A stretch of 64,000 nt of DNA. Origin: Octopus sinensis (taxonomy: Eukaryota). Below the pieces are notes generated by a model. It ran no database searches and was not told the DNA's origin. It worked only from the letters and a program-made list of their open reading frames with translations. The position numbers and the translations under genes were made by a program. Numbering within the stretch: the first letter of the stretch is position 1; each line of letters starts with the position of its first letter. The stretch is taken from assembly GCF_006345805.1 (NCBI RefSeq), contig NC_042999.1, positions 72,726,001 through 72,790,000 of the forward strand, given 5' to 3'. Below, piece by piece: positions 35,175 to 50,184 of this stretch.

Positions 35175-38029
35175 GTAAAGTTAATCCAAACATGAAAACA
35201 CAAACAGAAAACACAACAACGCTAGGACGTGGAACAAGTATAGTATTATTGGACGCTCAGGAAAGAAGGATGATGAGAATAGGGGTTAATTTAGTTTTAA
35301 AATAATAAAATTCTGAGTGTATTTGCGTTGAAGAGAAGTAAGATCTAATGTTTTGGATTGTAACCTTCAGAGGAGAAAATGGCTCCTGAGATAAGAAAGG
35401 AGTCGTATCAATATTACCTAATAACTGCTCTCTTTGCAACAGGCTACGTTACATTTACGTAAGATTTTAATCCTATACAGAGAGAATAGAAACTAAATAC
35501 TGTAATATATTTAGTCCAGCAGACTATCATTTCGATCATTTCCATCTCTTTAGTCTGACTGAAGAGTGTGAGGACGGTTTAATCGATAGAGAACCGGAAA
35601 ACGAAGGAACTCGTTATATACTGTCACTGACACCATTCTCTTGCATCCATGACCGATTCCATCGGCCTAACTAAATAGATTCTATTGTTCTGAAACCACT
35701 TACCGTTGATTTCATTGGTAGCTCGGTAAACATCATCATGTGTTGTGACAGCCTGTAGTGCTGAAGTCAAGTCTGGAGAAGACAACCGAGAAACCTCTTC
35801 CTTCCTTTCATCCAATACATGAAGACAAAAGATATTTTAAGTGGTGATGTTACAGCTCATAATTGCTACAGGATAAACCAGGTCTGAAAATTTGTGGCGG
35901 GGTGGAACTAATCGATTTCATCGATCCCAGTGATCAACTGGTACTGAATTTATCGACTCCAAAACAATGAAATTCAAAGCTGACCTCGGTAGAATTTGAA
36001 CTCAAAACCTAATTCCGAACATTGATGCAAAGTCATACAGTTTTGTGGTAAGACACCGCCAATGTAACCAACTTCAACATTTTACTGGTACTTGTTTTAT
36101 AACTCTGTGGAGGAGAGAATATAACGATTACTTTGACAAGGTTTGAATTCGCAGCATGACTGAATATCGCCAGGGCTCATGCACCCCATTCTATCAATTC
36201 TGCTATCACGACCTCGCTCTCTTACAAATATTGACACTGTGCTTAAAAAGAGAAATCATTATGTTGTAATACAATTTCTGTCCTGCTGAGGTATACAGTT
36301 TATAGAAGAAGAAAGAAAATTTTGATTCATTCCGGAAAAAAACACTTTAATTCAATTTGTAGAGTAGTGATGGAGACACTATTCTAATTATGAATTCTTT
36401 GCACTTTAAAATTTTTTTCTGTAACCTAGAAATTTTTCCGGAAAATATCAAATTACAATATAATAGTTTATCAGTTAAGCTCAAAGCTAATGTTCAAGGG
36501 AGAGAGGTAAATTGATAGAGAGAGGAGGATATGGGTAAGTGACTAAAGAAATTTGAAAATTCTTTGCTGTAATACCAGTACTGGGATCAATTTAATCAAC
36601 TGTACCCTTCAACCAAAGCTGTGAACGTTTACCAAAATTACAAATTAGTATTATCATCAACACGAGAGAACCAGTACAGTTCCGGACGAAGTACCTTGCG
36701 GTATTTGGTTATATCCCTTTTCTTTTAATTCAAAATCTTTAAGACGTATTTTGCCTTTCATCCTTTGAGTTGATGATTGCTAAAAGAAGAACCATTTAAG
36801 TACTGTAGACTATAGATCGAACCGTCAATACACTTCTTATGCTAGAAATCAATATTTGATAGGGGATAGTGTATTCCACTGAACCAAACCAAATGAAATC
36901 CAAACGCATGTTTTATCGACTTAGTAGACGTGAAATATAAAATAGGCATTAATTACATTTGGATTGTCAACATAGTATAATAAACGCTATAGTATTTAGC
37001 ATTTAGTAATTCGGTATACTGTGACTCCCGGCTTGCGACATCGTCATGATATTTTTGACACGAGCAATAAGATAAGATAATCAGCAGTTTAGCATAGTTT
37101 CGATAAAACGTCTTTAAAACTTATTTGATTGACCACAGAGGGATGAAAAGAAAAATAGTAAATCCCGGCGAGATTTAAATTCAAAACGTTGATCGGAGTA
37201 ACTGACTATCCACCACCCTAAATATCTGGTTAATACTGATAATGAGATTTTGATACGGATTACCTTCCAAATATCACTTAAGCATATAGTCTCTATATTT
37301 ATGAGGATTGGGGCAAAGTGGGATGATGTGACGTTCAAAAACACGGGTATCGTGAATTAGGTGCATTTCTCTTTTCACTATATCTGCCTCTGGACATTAA
37401 AACTGCTCTGGCTACTGAAATTGTCGTGTGGTTTTCGATTTACCGGAACCTTGCCTCTCCTCTTCGTCTGTTGCTATAACAAAACTAGTAAAATATTACA
37501 AGTGAATAAGTGGGGACAGGCGGTAGTGGGGGACAAACACAAAGATACACACATATACATATGTGCATGACGATCTTCCATGTTTCCGTCAACCAGATCC
37601 ACTCACAAAGCTTAGGTCGACCCAAGGCGATAAGAGAAGACACTTGCCCAAGGTGCCACGCAGTGAAACTGGACCCGGAACCATATGGTTGAAAAGCAAA
37701 ATTCTTACCACACAGCCACGCCGGTTGGAATAATTAGAAACACGGAAGTATAGTACAAAATATTCTTACACCACGATTCATTTTGATACGGAGCGAAGGT
37801 GTAAAGAAGAGTATATATTAAAGATGTAAAACTGTACATAATAGAAAAGATATGAAAAGTGATTGACGAAGACTAAGAGCGAACATGACTCTCATACATG
37901 GTGACTGACATATAATCATATTAATTTGTTACCACTTAAGCCTCACTTTAGGAAATATACTCTTCCTCTCTTTTTTTTATTTCCTCTGACTATTAAATGT
38001 TTTATCAGAATGGTAGGCTTATCCAACTA

Positions 38030-40204
38030 GCGTATCCGAATAATGTCTCATAAGAGAAGTGCTTGTATCACAAAGAAGCAAAAAAATCTGGACGAAGAAT
38101 CTCGTGCAATTTCAAGACTCACATAGGAAAAGAAGACCGGTTCCTCTAGAAGAGCATTCTTTGAAAAACAATTTCAGGATACCAATGAAACTTCAAATTG
38201 TCGCTACCAGTTCCTTGGAGGTACCCTCAAAGGTAGGAAAGAAAGAACAAAGGAAATTTCGAAAGAACTAACTTTTTTATGGCAAAAGAAATTAAATTTC
38301 CATATTTATCAATTCAAAATGTACAAGAAAAAGTAGAAAAAATGCTGAATATCTACCATAAGTATGTAAAACGAAGAAAATACGATTCATTGAAAAAAAA
38401 TTTTGACATCACAAAGGAAAACGGTGAATGGCTGTGCAGTGTGGACAGAAGATTATATCTTCAAATTGAAAGCAAAGGACAGGTTGAGTATGCAACTGGA
38501 AAGGGAGCCAGTTCCCAAAACTATCTATCCACCCAAAAGAAGAAAAGTGTCCTTAATGCCAACTTCAACCAGAGCAACTCCAGTGTCGTCGTCAACATCT
38601 GAAGCAGAGATTGAAAGTAAATATCTAGAAGAGTCCGAAAAATTAGATGAAGAACCCACACAAACAAGGAGAAAGTATAGCAAAACTGGAACTGCAACCA
38701 AGTTAGTAATATCTTCTTGTCGACAGTTATCTTAAGATGGAATCAATGTTGAGACTCCTTCCCAATCTGGTATTTACAGATCGACTATGAAAGAAGCTGT
38801 TAAACTAAAAAATAAAATGAAGAAATCACTAAATTTAGAAAAATGGTCATTGCATTTTGATGGTAAACGTATTGATGGCCAAGAATGCCAAGTGCTAATT
38901 TTAAAGAATGAACAGGAAGAAGTTAAGTTAGAAGCACTCCAATTACCAAAGGGAAAAGCTGATACTGTTGTGAAAGGAATAACAGCTGATTTAGGTGAAT
39001 ACAATTTATGGAACTGTGTAAAGATGATTGTCGCTGATACAACGAGTGTGAAATGGCATTGTCATTCAGTTGCAAACATTGTTTGCTCAAAAGGGTATGA
39101 AATAACCGCAATTTATTGGTTGTCAGCATCATATCCTTGATAGAGTTCTTCGTGTTGTAATGGATAACGAACTTGGTGAAAAAAAGTCATCTCCCAATAT
39201 TGCATATACATTCATCCCAGAGCTTTTAAGTAATTACGAGAAACTCCAAGCTAATTTCAACAATAGTGAAGAAACGATTACTGAATCAGCAGGATGGCGA
39301 GATGACATGAAATTTCTATTTCATTTGACTAGAGTTTTCCGTTTATTTGAAGAAACCGGCAAATTTTTTACTGGACAGTTTCAAAAAATACCCAACTTAA
39401 GTAAGGCAAGATGGAATTCTCGAGCAATACAAGCTCTTTTGGCATTTATTTTTCTACCAGAGAAAAGAGTTTTACTTTTCACTGCTTGTCGATTCATCTC
39501 TTACAGCTGAGCAGATTTTTGGTTCAATGCACATAATTATCAGAAGTTATGTGGTGGCCTGCAAGTTCATAAAAAAGCATTGAACTCTGTAAAAAAATCT
39601 TTTGGAGTCGAGAGACCATCAAAACTGATAATTCCCAGAACAAATCAGAGAGCAGAACGGGCAATCAAGTGCCTTCAAGATCTTTATGATGTTTGTAAAA
39701 AGAAGGAGAAACTTCAGCTTCGATTTATTTTATCTAACAAAAGATATTAATTCTTTGTTATGTTTAAAAATTTGCCAACATTCATCACACTTTTTCTTAT
39801 ACAGTTACTTAAAGTTTGGAATTAAACCTATACAGTTAAAAATATGTGTTATTTTTAATTTTGTATGTTATCGAATGCTTGAAGTGGCCTCTGTCTTAAT
39901 TTCAATTTCAATTCAGTAATCTTAAAAATGTATAAATACACATCTTTCTTGAGTTTACTAGGATTTAGTCAGCGGGTGAATCTAGTACCATTTAGTGATT
40001 ATAGTTTTAAAAGCTCATAACTCCGAAATTACTTCGACTAGAGAGCTGAAATTTCAGATATACCATTTCTGCATTGCATTGAGTCAGCACACCAAGTTTG
40101 GTAAAAACAAATGCAGCAAATAAATGTTAGTTTCCTAGCTTCTGTTAAATTATTCATCGAATTAAAGTATAGGGTCATCAGGTTGTGAAACAGTCATAAC
40201 CCTA
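38030..40204 (+). mobile_element. Decayed hAT-like DDE transposon (hATm/w/x-type transposase)
   Basis: Frameshifted fragments contain WSLHFDGK, VKMIVADTTSV, IGCQHHILDRVL, ARWNSRA and RTNQRAERAIK (D, D, CxxH, RW and E motifs). The putative right end is ...ACCCTA at 40204. The left TIR was not found. Confidence 0.7.
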
Positions 40205-40299
40205 GTATATATGTAGCTCAACACACAGTCAGAAAGTTTCGTGCTTGAATTACATAACTTGAAAATTCGCTACAGTAGCAGTTTATATTACAACTCGTA

Positions 40300-41150
40300 A
40301 GTCTTTCTACTACAGACACAAGGCCTGAAATTTTGAGGGAGGAACCTAATCGATTATATCTTATTTTATTATAAGTTATTTTATCAAGCCCAAAAGGATG
40401 AAAGGCAAAGTCGAACTCGGTAGAATTTGAACATAGAACGTAAAGCTGGAAGAAATGCCTCTAAGTGTTGCGTCCGGTATGGTAACGATTCTGCCAGCTC
40501 GCCACTTTAATATTAGTTTAAAATTTTGGCACAAGGCCAACAATTTCGAGGAGAGAGTAAGTCGATTATATCGACCCCAGTGCTCGACTGGTGCTTATTT
40601 TATTGATCCCAAAAGGATGACAGGCAAAGTCAGCCTCGGCGGAGTTTGAACTCGGAACATGAAGACGGACGAAATACCTATTTCTTTACTGCCCACAAGG
40701 GGCTAAACACAGACGGGACAAACAAGGACAGACAAACGGATTAAATCGATTATATCGACCCCAATGCGTAACTGGTACTTATTTAATGGACCCCGAAAGG
40801 ATGAAAGGCAAAGTCGACCTCGGCAGAATTTGAACTCAGAACGTAACGGCGGATGAAATACGGCTACGCATTTCGCCCGGCGTGCGAACGTTTCAGCCAG
40901 CTCGCCGCCTTTAAACCAATGAAATACCTACTTCTTTATTACCTACAAGGGGATAAACATAGAGGGAACAAACAAGAACAGACAAAGGTATTAAGTCGAT
41001 TACATCGACCCCAGTGCGTAACTGGTACTTAATTTATCTACCCCGAAAGGATGAAAGGCAAAGTCGACCTTGGCGGAATTTGAACTCAGAACGTAACGGC
41101 AGACGAAATACCGTTAAGCATTTCGCCCGTCGTGCCAACGATTCAGCCAG
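40300..41150 (-). mobile_element. Cluster or tandem array of family A SINEs
   Basis: About five consecutive minus-strand units, with the AAATACCTATTTCTTT junction at about 40673 and (variant) about 40922. Confidence 0.85.
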
Positions 41151-43596
41151 TTCTCCACTGTTCGCTACCTTAATACAAATGATAATAAATCTACGAAAGC
41201 CTGAGACGGTATTAGCAAGCAGATAACAGAGTATTTAACAGATAAAGTCTCATCTATGACTCTACAGGATGTCTTGACCCATGACAACATTTAAAGTCTC
41301 CATCCATTCCATTTAACTGCAAAAACACCCAAGGGTAACAACAATTAACCTCAACATTGTAAAAGTAAGTCTCTTCGGAGTATTTTATACAAAAAAAGCA
41401 TTTAACATGTAGATATAGTTTGTGAGGTCAACTCTGCCTTTTATCCTTTCGGAGTCGATGAAATAAAGTACCAGTCAATGTAATCCACTTGTCCCCACCC
41501 CTCAGAATTTCTGTTGTAATCTTAGTCACCTCTACGCCATGGAAATCGAGTAGCCGGCCTTATGATTCCAGGGACTCAAGAATAATTTTAATAGGATATA
41601 GTTTTCATTTTTTTTGCCTATTCAAACAGTAAATACAAAGTAAATGTTTTGATAATTGAAATACAAAATCAACAAATAAAGCATTAAACAGACGAAAGTT
41701 TTTTGAGGTTTTTTTTTCTGTATTTTTCCAACACTACCCGGAAGCTTGAGTCATATTTATAAAATGAAAATAAATGAAAACCTCAAAAATACAATAACTC
41801 TATAGTTTTGTTTTTTCGCCTTTTTTCATATATCTTTTGAATTCACGTCATTAGAATTTATGAACGTCAAATAAATTCTTTTTTTGAACGCTGGATCTCC
41901 AAACAGATAAAAGCTAGATAATCCTAGTATATGCACAAAGCCTGAATTTTTGGTGAAGGCTAGTCAATAGCATCAACCCCAGTGTTCAACTGGTGCTTAT
42001 TTCATCGATTTCCGAAAGGATGAAAAGCAAAGTCGACCTTGGTGGAATTTAAACTCAGAATGTAAAAGCCGGAAGAATTGCGCACTAACGATTCTGCCAG
42101 CTCGCCGCCTTGATAATAGTGTAAATATTGGGTTTTAGTAAATATTGGATTTTAGAGTAAATATTGGGTTTTGAAATATATATATTGTACTGGAGATGTG
42201 GGTTCGAGTACCACGGGCTACTTTCGACTTTTTCTATCCAAAGGGTTTTTAACTCAGTATTTACACGTTATTATCTATCTGCTTCGAGAACTTTGGGACT
42301 GTCCAAGTCTAAAACATTTATAATGTTTTATAAACATTACAGCTAGCGCCGTTCCATAAATGTGAATATTTTGTCTCCGAGAAAACTTCGCAAAGGAACT
42401 TACATAGGACTCGCTTATTCGTAGAGGAACTTACGATTTAAAAAATATTGGATTCGCTTAGCATATCAGTAGATCGCCCACTCCCGGACATTTTAAGCTA
42501 CACTAAAAATATTCATTCAGATCAAGAAATTGGCAAACAAAATATTCACTGATTTGTGCAAATACTAACCATGTTGGAATTAAATTAATATACGCGCTTG
42601 AAATAAGATTAGATTAAAACATCGGAGTGTATAACAATGTATACACAAACGGTATTTTAATGAAATTTTGTTTCAAGTGCGTACATTAAAATAAAACACT
42701 GATACAAAATGTTTATCATGCATTGTAGTACAGCCATAATGGTTTTAAATTTTGGTGAGAAGGGATTCATCAATTACATCGATCCCAGTGATCAACTGGA
42801 ACTTTATTTTATCGACCCCGAAAGAAATATAATGAAAGCCTATCCCGACAGAATTTGAACTCATAAAGTAAGGAACCGAATGTAAATTCGATAAACATTT
42901 TACCTGAGAAACTAGTGATTCTGTCGGCTCGCTACCTTTTCGTAGTCGAGTCATAATAACCATTTAAAACATATCACATACATCTTGATATTCCCATTCG
43001 TTTTATTTTGTCATAGTATTCTATATTATTATGAAAAAAAAATTAGTTGTACATCTAAAGAACTGGTCACATCTAAGTCTAAACTGCTTGGTTGTAGTTG
43101 AGATAATTTATGTAAATATATAGCTCAGGTGTGACTGCGTGGTAAGAAGTTTGCTTTCCAACCACATAGATCTGGGTATTACTATTCTACTATGGTAGAA
43201 GATTTGGTTGACAGAAACTGAAAGAAGTCCATCGTATGTATATGTATATCACCGTGATCACCGTGACCGACCAGGCTATCAGATGTTGCTACACATCGCT
43301 GGTCACAATGCGCTTCGCATTGTTTTAGCCTTCAAATGACTCCACCCCGCTGGCTAAGCGAGCAAGTGAGAGAAAGTTGTGACGAAAGAGTACAGCAGGG
43401 TTCGCCACCACCCCCTGCCGGAGCTTTGTGGAGCTTTAGGTGTTTTCGTTCAATAAACACTCACAACACCCGGTCTGGGAATCGAAACCGCCATCCTACG
43501 ACCGCGAGTCCGCTGCCCTAACCATTGGGCCATTGCGCCTCCACGTATATGTATATACATGTATATACACATATGTATATACATATATATATATAC

Positions 43597-43675
<79 letters not shown>

Positions 43676-43851
43676 GTGGGTGTTTTAATTAGGATTTTAC
43701 TCAACATATTCCCCTCTCAAATTCACACACATAACGCAGCAGCCCTTCAGTTTTTTAAGCCCTGTAAGAAAAGGACTCCAAAGGTTGAGCCCCTAACCAG
43801 GCCTTTCGCCACACCCTTAAACTGAGAACTTTTCAGCACCCCCTCTTGTGT

Positions 43852-43948
<97 letters not shown>

Positions 43949-44049
43949 CACGCACACACACAGAAGCAAATCTAAGAACGAAAAAGATATCAGGAAAAAA
44001 CAACGAAAGGCAGTTGAACGTACACAGAGAATATACTAGTTTGACGCTC

Positions 44050-44600
44050 AGTGAAAATATTGTCCATATGCTTACATTTGATAAGAATTTTGGCTCTGGA
44101 ATTAAGTAGGGTGGTGGAATTCTTGAACCTAAAAGGAATGTGCGAGGAAACCATAAATACAGGGAGATTTTTAATAGGCGCTTGATATAAATGTCATACT
44201 GTTTCTGCTCCAATATGAAGGACATTGTCACTCGCAAGCCTCACCAAAAGCCCATTCCTAGTTGCAACTGTCGTGATCCTGAAGCTTTCCCCCTAGACCT
44301 GGCGTGCTTGATAGAGTCAGTCGACTAAGAGTGCTTCAGAGTAATATAATTGAAAACTAAAATTCTGACGGTTTGTGTGAAGTTAACTTTAAAAAACGTT
44401 ATACAAAGCGCTAGTCTTCTTTCCGACAAATCGATACCAATAATGCCAGAAAATTGGCTAGCTGCGTATGGAGTCTGAAGACCAACCGCACATCACTTAC
44501 AATCAAGTGGGAAATCGTGGAGAAATCTATGTCATATGTAAATGGATCAATGAGATGCGACTTATGTGCAGCTGAAAGATCACACATCCCTTTTAGATCC
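44050..44600 (+). mobile_element. Penelope-like element relic (linker plus GIY-YIG endonuclease)
   Basis: Translations HKYREIFNRR..SYC..NMKDI, SCNCRDP..FPLD..CL and KLASCVWSLK...IKWEIVEKSMSYVNGSMRCDLCAAER. Confidence 0.8.
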
Positions 44601-45914
44601 AAGAGTTCTAAATTCCATGTAAATTAGAGAGAGAGAGAAAAGTGAGAAAGAGAGAGATACATAATACATACATGCATACATACATAGAGCGAGAGAGAAA
44701 GAGGGAGAGAGAGAGGTGTTTGTGTTTGTGTTTATCTTCCACTACTGATTGTCAACTAGTGTTGGCTTGTTTAGAGACCCATGGAATAACTACCAGGATA
44801 AAAAAAAGTATAAATACTGGGATCGGTTCGTTCGACTAGAAAATCTCAAGGTGGTGTCCTAGCATGGGCGCAGCCCAATAACTGAAGCAAATAGAAGATA
44901 AAAGATATTCAAATGAGTTCACTGAAACATTTCTAAATTGTTCGTTTCATGTGATACAAGATGCATGCGGTGCACACAGGTGTCATATGTGATAACATTC
45001 AAAGGATATGATCCACATTCTTAATGATTACCAGAAAAGCGGGTGAAGGTGGTGGAGTCCTTATGATGTATGACGTCAGAGGAAAAAAGTCGTACAATAC
45101 AAATTTCATAGTATTGCCTTGATAATATGCGCAAGCATAGCTGTGTAGTTAGGAAGTCTACTTCGCAACCAAGTGGTTCCGGATTCTATCTTGATGCGAG
45201 TTTAGTGAAATGAAGTGCTTTACTCAAGAACACAGTGTTACCTGATCCGAGAATCGAACCCACGTTACAACAGTCGTGAACCCATATCTGAACCATAACA
45301 CCACGCGCCTTCACTAAGACATATTACTCGAAGCGTTACAATTTTGTCATTAATATTGACATTTCATTAAGGTGTCGATCTGGAATTTAAAAACAAAAAA
45401 TGAAGTGGATTATCGTTGAAGTCTCAAACCAACTTTAAACATCACTTCTGAAATAAATAGAAAAGAGGGTATGTAAGACAGCTAATAAGGCACACACATA
45501 CACACGCGTACACACAAACAGGCGCATACATATACGCACACAAGCACGCTCTTATTGTTTATGATTTTCTGCTGGTTTCGGCAATTAGGATTCAATTGTT
45601 TGACCCGCTAAATTACCGGCTCATAGAATTAACATATAAATGGCTAATTATTTCACAAACATTTGAACCCTTAATGTAATTTTCACGCAGAATCAGCGTT
45701 AGACGGAATATAACAAAGCTATATCTCTGAGTTACAAGTGCAATCCATAGAACGGGCTTCTATACACTTTCCGTCCATACGTTTTTTCATTCACATGATG
45801 TCAGATGACCCGAATCTTTTGAAAATGAAACTTGTCCAAAATATCATACAGTGAGATCGAGGTTGTGAAACGAACTTCTTAACCATTCGATGATGTTGCG
45901 CCTACTCACATATA

Positions 45915-45983
<69 letters not shown>

Positions 45984-46032
45984 ATATATATATATATATT
46001 AATGCCGTTAAACGCAGGTGTTATTTGAATCT

Positions 46033-46128
46033 TTTTACTTCCGACATGTTTCAAAGAAAACATTGGTATTATTCCAGAAGGAATATAATGATGTAAAAAA
46101 ATACAATCTTCTCATCAGAGAAACAAAG
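46033..46128 (-). ncRNA. Type I hammerhead ribozyme, diverged relative of the 34-kb pair
   Basis: Minus strand reads TTTGTTTCT-CTGATGA-GAAGA...TCTTT-GAAAC-AT-GTC-GGAAGTAAA. The core is intact and stem III is the palindrome ACATGT. Confidence 0.65.
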
Positions 46129-48893
46129 AAACTAAACACATCAATAAGATATTTTAACAGAATGTGATGACCGCGTATATGATAAAAGGAACGCTAGTAG
46201 ATCAAAATTAGTTGACGCATACTATCATTCGGATTCTCGTGTTTATTGATCATTATTAAGGTGTAACACATCGTATGCGTGATAATAAATAGATATCAAT
46301 GTCCATATGATTCCTAACTTCATCAGATCAAGGCATTTAACTTTCAGATAGCTAATTTCACATAGCCGTAAATAGAAACCATAGAGTAAGAGAAATGATC
46401 CGCTTTAATTAATGACAACATCGTAAAAACTGAGGAGTATTTCGATGGTTTACAATGCAGAATTCAAATTTTCTAGTAGAGGATGTAACAAAGAAAGAAG
46501 AAGGGAAGAAAGGCTTTGGCAAGCTAACGCATATAGTTATTGAAAATAAGTCAATGGGAAGTCTTTATGTAGTCGTCAATTTGCTAGAAATAGCAAGCTA
46601 ACTTCCTTACCTTACATATGGACGAACACATTGGGCAGTGTGCTTCTAAACGTAGTGTCACTGAAAAAGGGCAACATTGTCATCAAATAATTAAAGCAGA
46701 GATGATTAAAATAAATCTGTGTACATTTACAATTAACAGGTTCGTGTACACTAAAACGTGGAAAGATCTTCGTTGAGAAATTTTCCTTAAGACAGTCCGA
46801 TGATGTCGCTCACAAATCTCCTTGGTATGTTTTCACACGCATTGTCTATGAAGAGAATTTCCTCTTCAGAGAGAACTACCGTACTGAAGGTTTTGTCAGC
46901 ACTAGAATCCCTTAGGTTATACATATGTTTAAGCAACAATCAGTAATGTTCTTTCTCTTCATTGACTAATCATAGCATACTGCACAGTTATCATTTCAAC
47001 TTAATGTTTGTAAAGTGAGACGGCATTAACCTAAAAGCCAATGAGTTAACCTGTAAGCAATCGCTCGATATTCTAGAAATATAAAAACCTTTCTCAGATA
47101 TCACCTACTACACGTCATTTGTTCTGGGGTTTGTGACCCGTTGCTCCCTCCCTCCATCTTCTGCTGCTTAACCCCCCCCCCCCCGCCCTTTCTGTTGTTT
47201 TTTTTTTTTTGTTTCCTTGTAATTAAATTGTGATAAGTATAAATATAAAGATAATCTTTCTAGATACATTCGATGTAGATACAATATTTCTGGGAATAAG
47301 CCACGGTAGTCGCAGTTTGAAAACCTTTGATCATAGATCATCATGACTGTGATTGATCTGGAGGTTAAACAACAAAACCGAAATATATAGAAGTAAACCA
47401 GCAAATTTAGTTGTGGTGTAAGCTGTCCAATGTATTGGTTTGACGTAAACTTCAATGTTTGATCTGTTTGAAGGTTTGTTTTTCGAAGATACAGTATTGG
47501 AAACGTTTGTTTGTTTTGTTCCTTCTCGATCCATGCCAAGCTCATAAGGGCTGGTTTCCCGGTTTCCTTGGCGTATAGATTCTCCACCTGGTGGGGACGC
47601 CAGTCCGTCGCAGGTGACCTGCAAGATGCAGGAGGAAAGAGTGAGAGAAAGTTGTGGCGAAAGAGTCAGCAGAAGTCCGCTATTACCTTCTGCCGGAACC
47701 GCGTGGAGCTAAGGGGCTTCGCTAATAAACACACACATCGCCCGGTCTGAGATTCGAACCCACAATCCCTCGACCGCTGCTCTAACCACTAGGCCATGTG
47801 CTTCCACAAACGTTTGTTTAACATCCTTAAACCTAAATTTTCCAGGCGTTGAACCAAATTTTCCACAATTAGATTTTACTGTATGCTTCTATTGTATATA
47901 TATATAAACACACACAAACACGCACTCATGCATATACATTCACATACACACTAACTCACACACACACACAGACATACATCTATACATGATGATCAGAAAA
48001 TGTACTAACCACTAATCGAATATCAGTATTTTTAACAGAAACATTTAATTCAATAACCAACTCGTCTCAGCAGTATTATAAGCCCCGCTTCCGAGCAAAG
48101 CCATGCGTCGGACCCTATAATATTTATTGACACCAAACTGCACCATTCACAGATTAGAATTGGGCCCCTAGGCTCATGGGGCCTTCGGGCAACAGTCAGT
48201 TATGCCCATATCTTAAGACGGCACTAATTAATAGTTAGAACAATTTAAACGATTCTTACAAAAGACCAATTCAGAAATTTAGAAATAGAGTTAATTGAGC
48301 AATAATTCTTTCGCTGATTTGAAAAGCTAACATAAAAAGACGACAGGTGGGTAAAATAAGAAATTTCTTGTTTGCATTTTACCCTATTCTAAAGTAGTAA
48401 ACATGGTCGGTGTTGAGCAGCTATTCGATAAAGTTACGGCCGTAGTAAGATCAACGTTCTTTATATCAGGTGTCAGGAAACTTAACAAGGATGGTAGATA
48501 TTTCCCATCGCAGATATTCGAGCTCGACCTTATTAAGAAGTGCAATGATATATAGTATTTAATACTAACGCCTCTCGTGTTACAGTATAGCTTTCTGGTT
48601 TCTCTTCAGTTACTTTAACTTCGTTTGAGATCCGAAAACAGTTCTCTTATGTTTCTACCAATCCTTTGTCTGTTTTGGGTGGGGGGGGGTATTTGTTTCA
48701 GACATTGGACTACGCCCATATTGGGGCACCGCCTCGTAGAGATCTACTCGCAATACTTATTTTTTTAAAGTCGGGTACTTATTCTATCGGTCCCTTTTGC
48801 TGAACTGCTAAGTTTCGGGAACGTAAACAAACCAACATGCATGAAGTGGTGAAGGCAACAAGCACAAAGACACACACATACACACACACACAG

Positions 48894-49006
<113 letters not shown>

Positions 49007-49236
49007 TAAATGCATACATACATGCATGTATGCATACATACATATATGCATGTATGCATACATACATACGAATATATATATATATACAAATAAGAAAATG
49101 GAGGAACAGATTCCTTTCAATCATCAACTTACAGATAATACCAATTCATATTATTTATTAACTACTTAAATAGGAACATCCAAATCCAACAGAATAAAAC
49201 AGAATAAAACAATATACATCAATAAGTAAGATATAT

Positions 49237-49317
<81 letters not shown>

Positions 49318-49974
49318 GAGGCCTTCCACACAGTTTTTGTCTATCGAATTCACTCACAAGACATTGGTCGGCCTTGGAATAAGCTGACGTGTAGTGGGGA
49401 TGAACGAAAGACCGCGTGGTTACAAAGGGAACGTCTTAACCGCACAGCCATGTCTACGCCGGTGCGTTTATATATTTACGTTTGTCCGTATGTATGTATG
49501 TATGTATGTATGTATGTGGATGTTTATTGGACACCCTGCGGGATGAAAAACAAAACCCGTCAAAGGGCGGAGGAACTCTTGAGAGTCAACGGCCATCCAA
49601 TAAATGTCTTAAGGCTGTATCATGCGCGGGGACATAGAAATAATCGGACTGAATACCCGATCGCGCGGTTAAACCATTGGGAGTGAAGGACTCCTAGCCT
49701 TTGTTAGGGCATCCTTCTAGGAGAAGGTAACTCAGGTAACTGGGATAACTCCGACATAAAACCTGCGGCTCAGTGGTTACCGATGATGTTGACTTGTTCT
49801 TCTTTTCGGATTATGGCTACTGTTGCTTAGTGAGTGGGATTGACTCAGTGCACACCCTTTACTCACTTTTAAAAAAATCTTCTTGCACAGGCATGTACGA
49901 TAACAACATTGATTAAGCTTCGTACATTGGCCATACTCGATAACGAGGGGGCAGCCACCATGTATGTATGTATG

Positions 49975-50005
<31 letters not shown>

Positions 50006-50150
50006 GTATGCCTGTATGTATGAGGATGTGCTAAAAAGTTCCTGGCTTTAAGGCTGTCTCGAAATGCCTGTTTGGCGGTCCAACCTTCCGAATTCTTTTA
50101 CAGGGCCTCAAACTTTTCAGCACTCCCGCGTATATATGCATGCATATATG

Positions 50151-50184
<34 letters not shown>

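Noticed and set aside
49510-49960. Structured GC-richer segment resembling an RTE 5' region that might hold an HDV-like ribozyme
   Set aside because: I could not fit the P1/P1.1/P2/P3/P4 double pseudoknot by eye. It needs an RNArobo or Infernal search.
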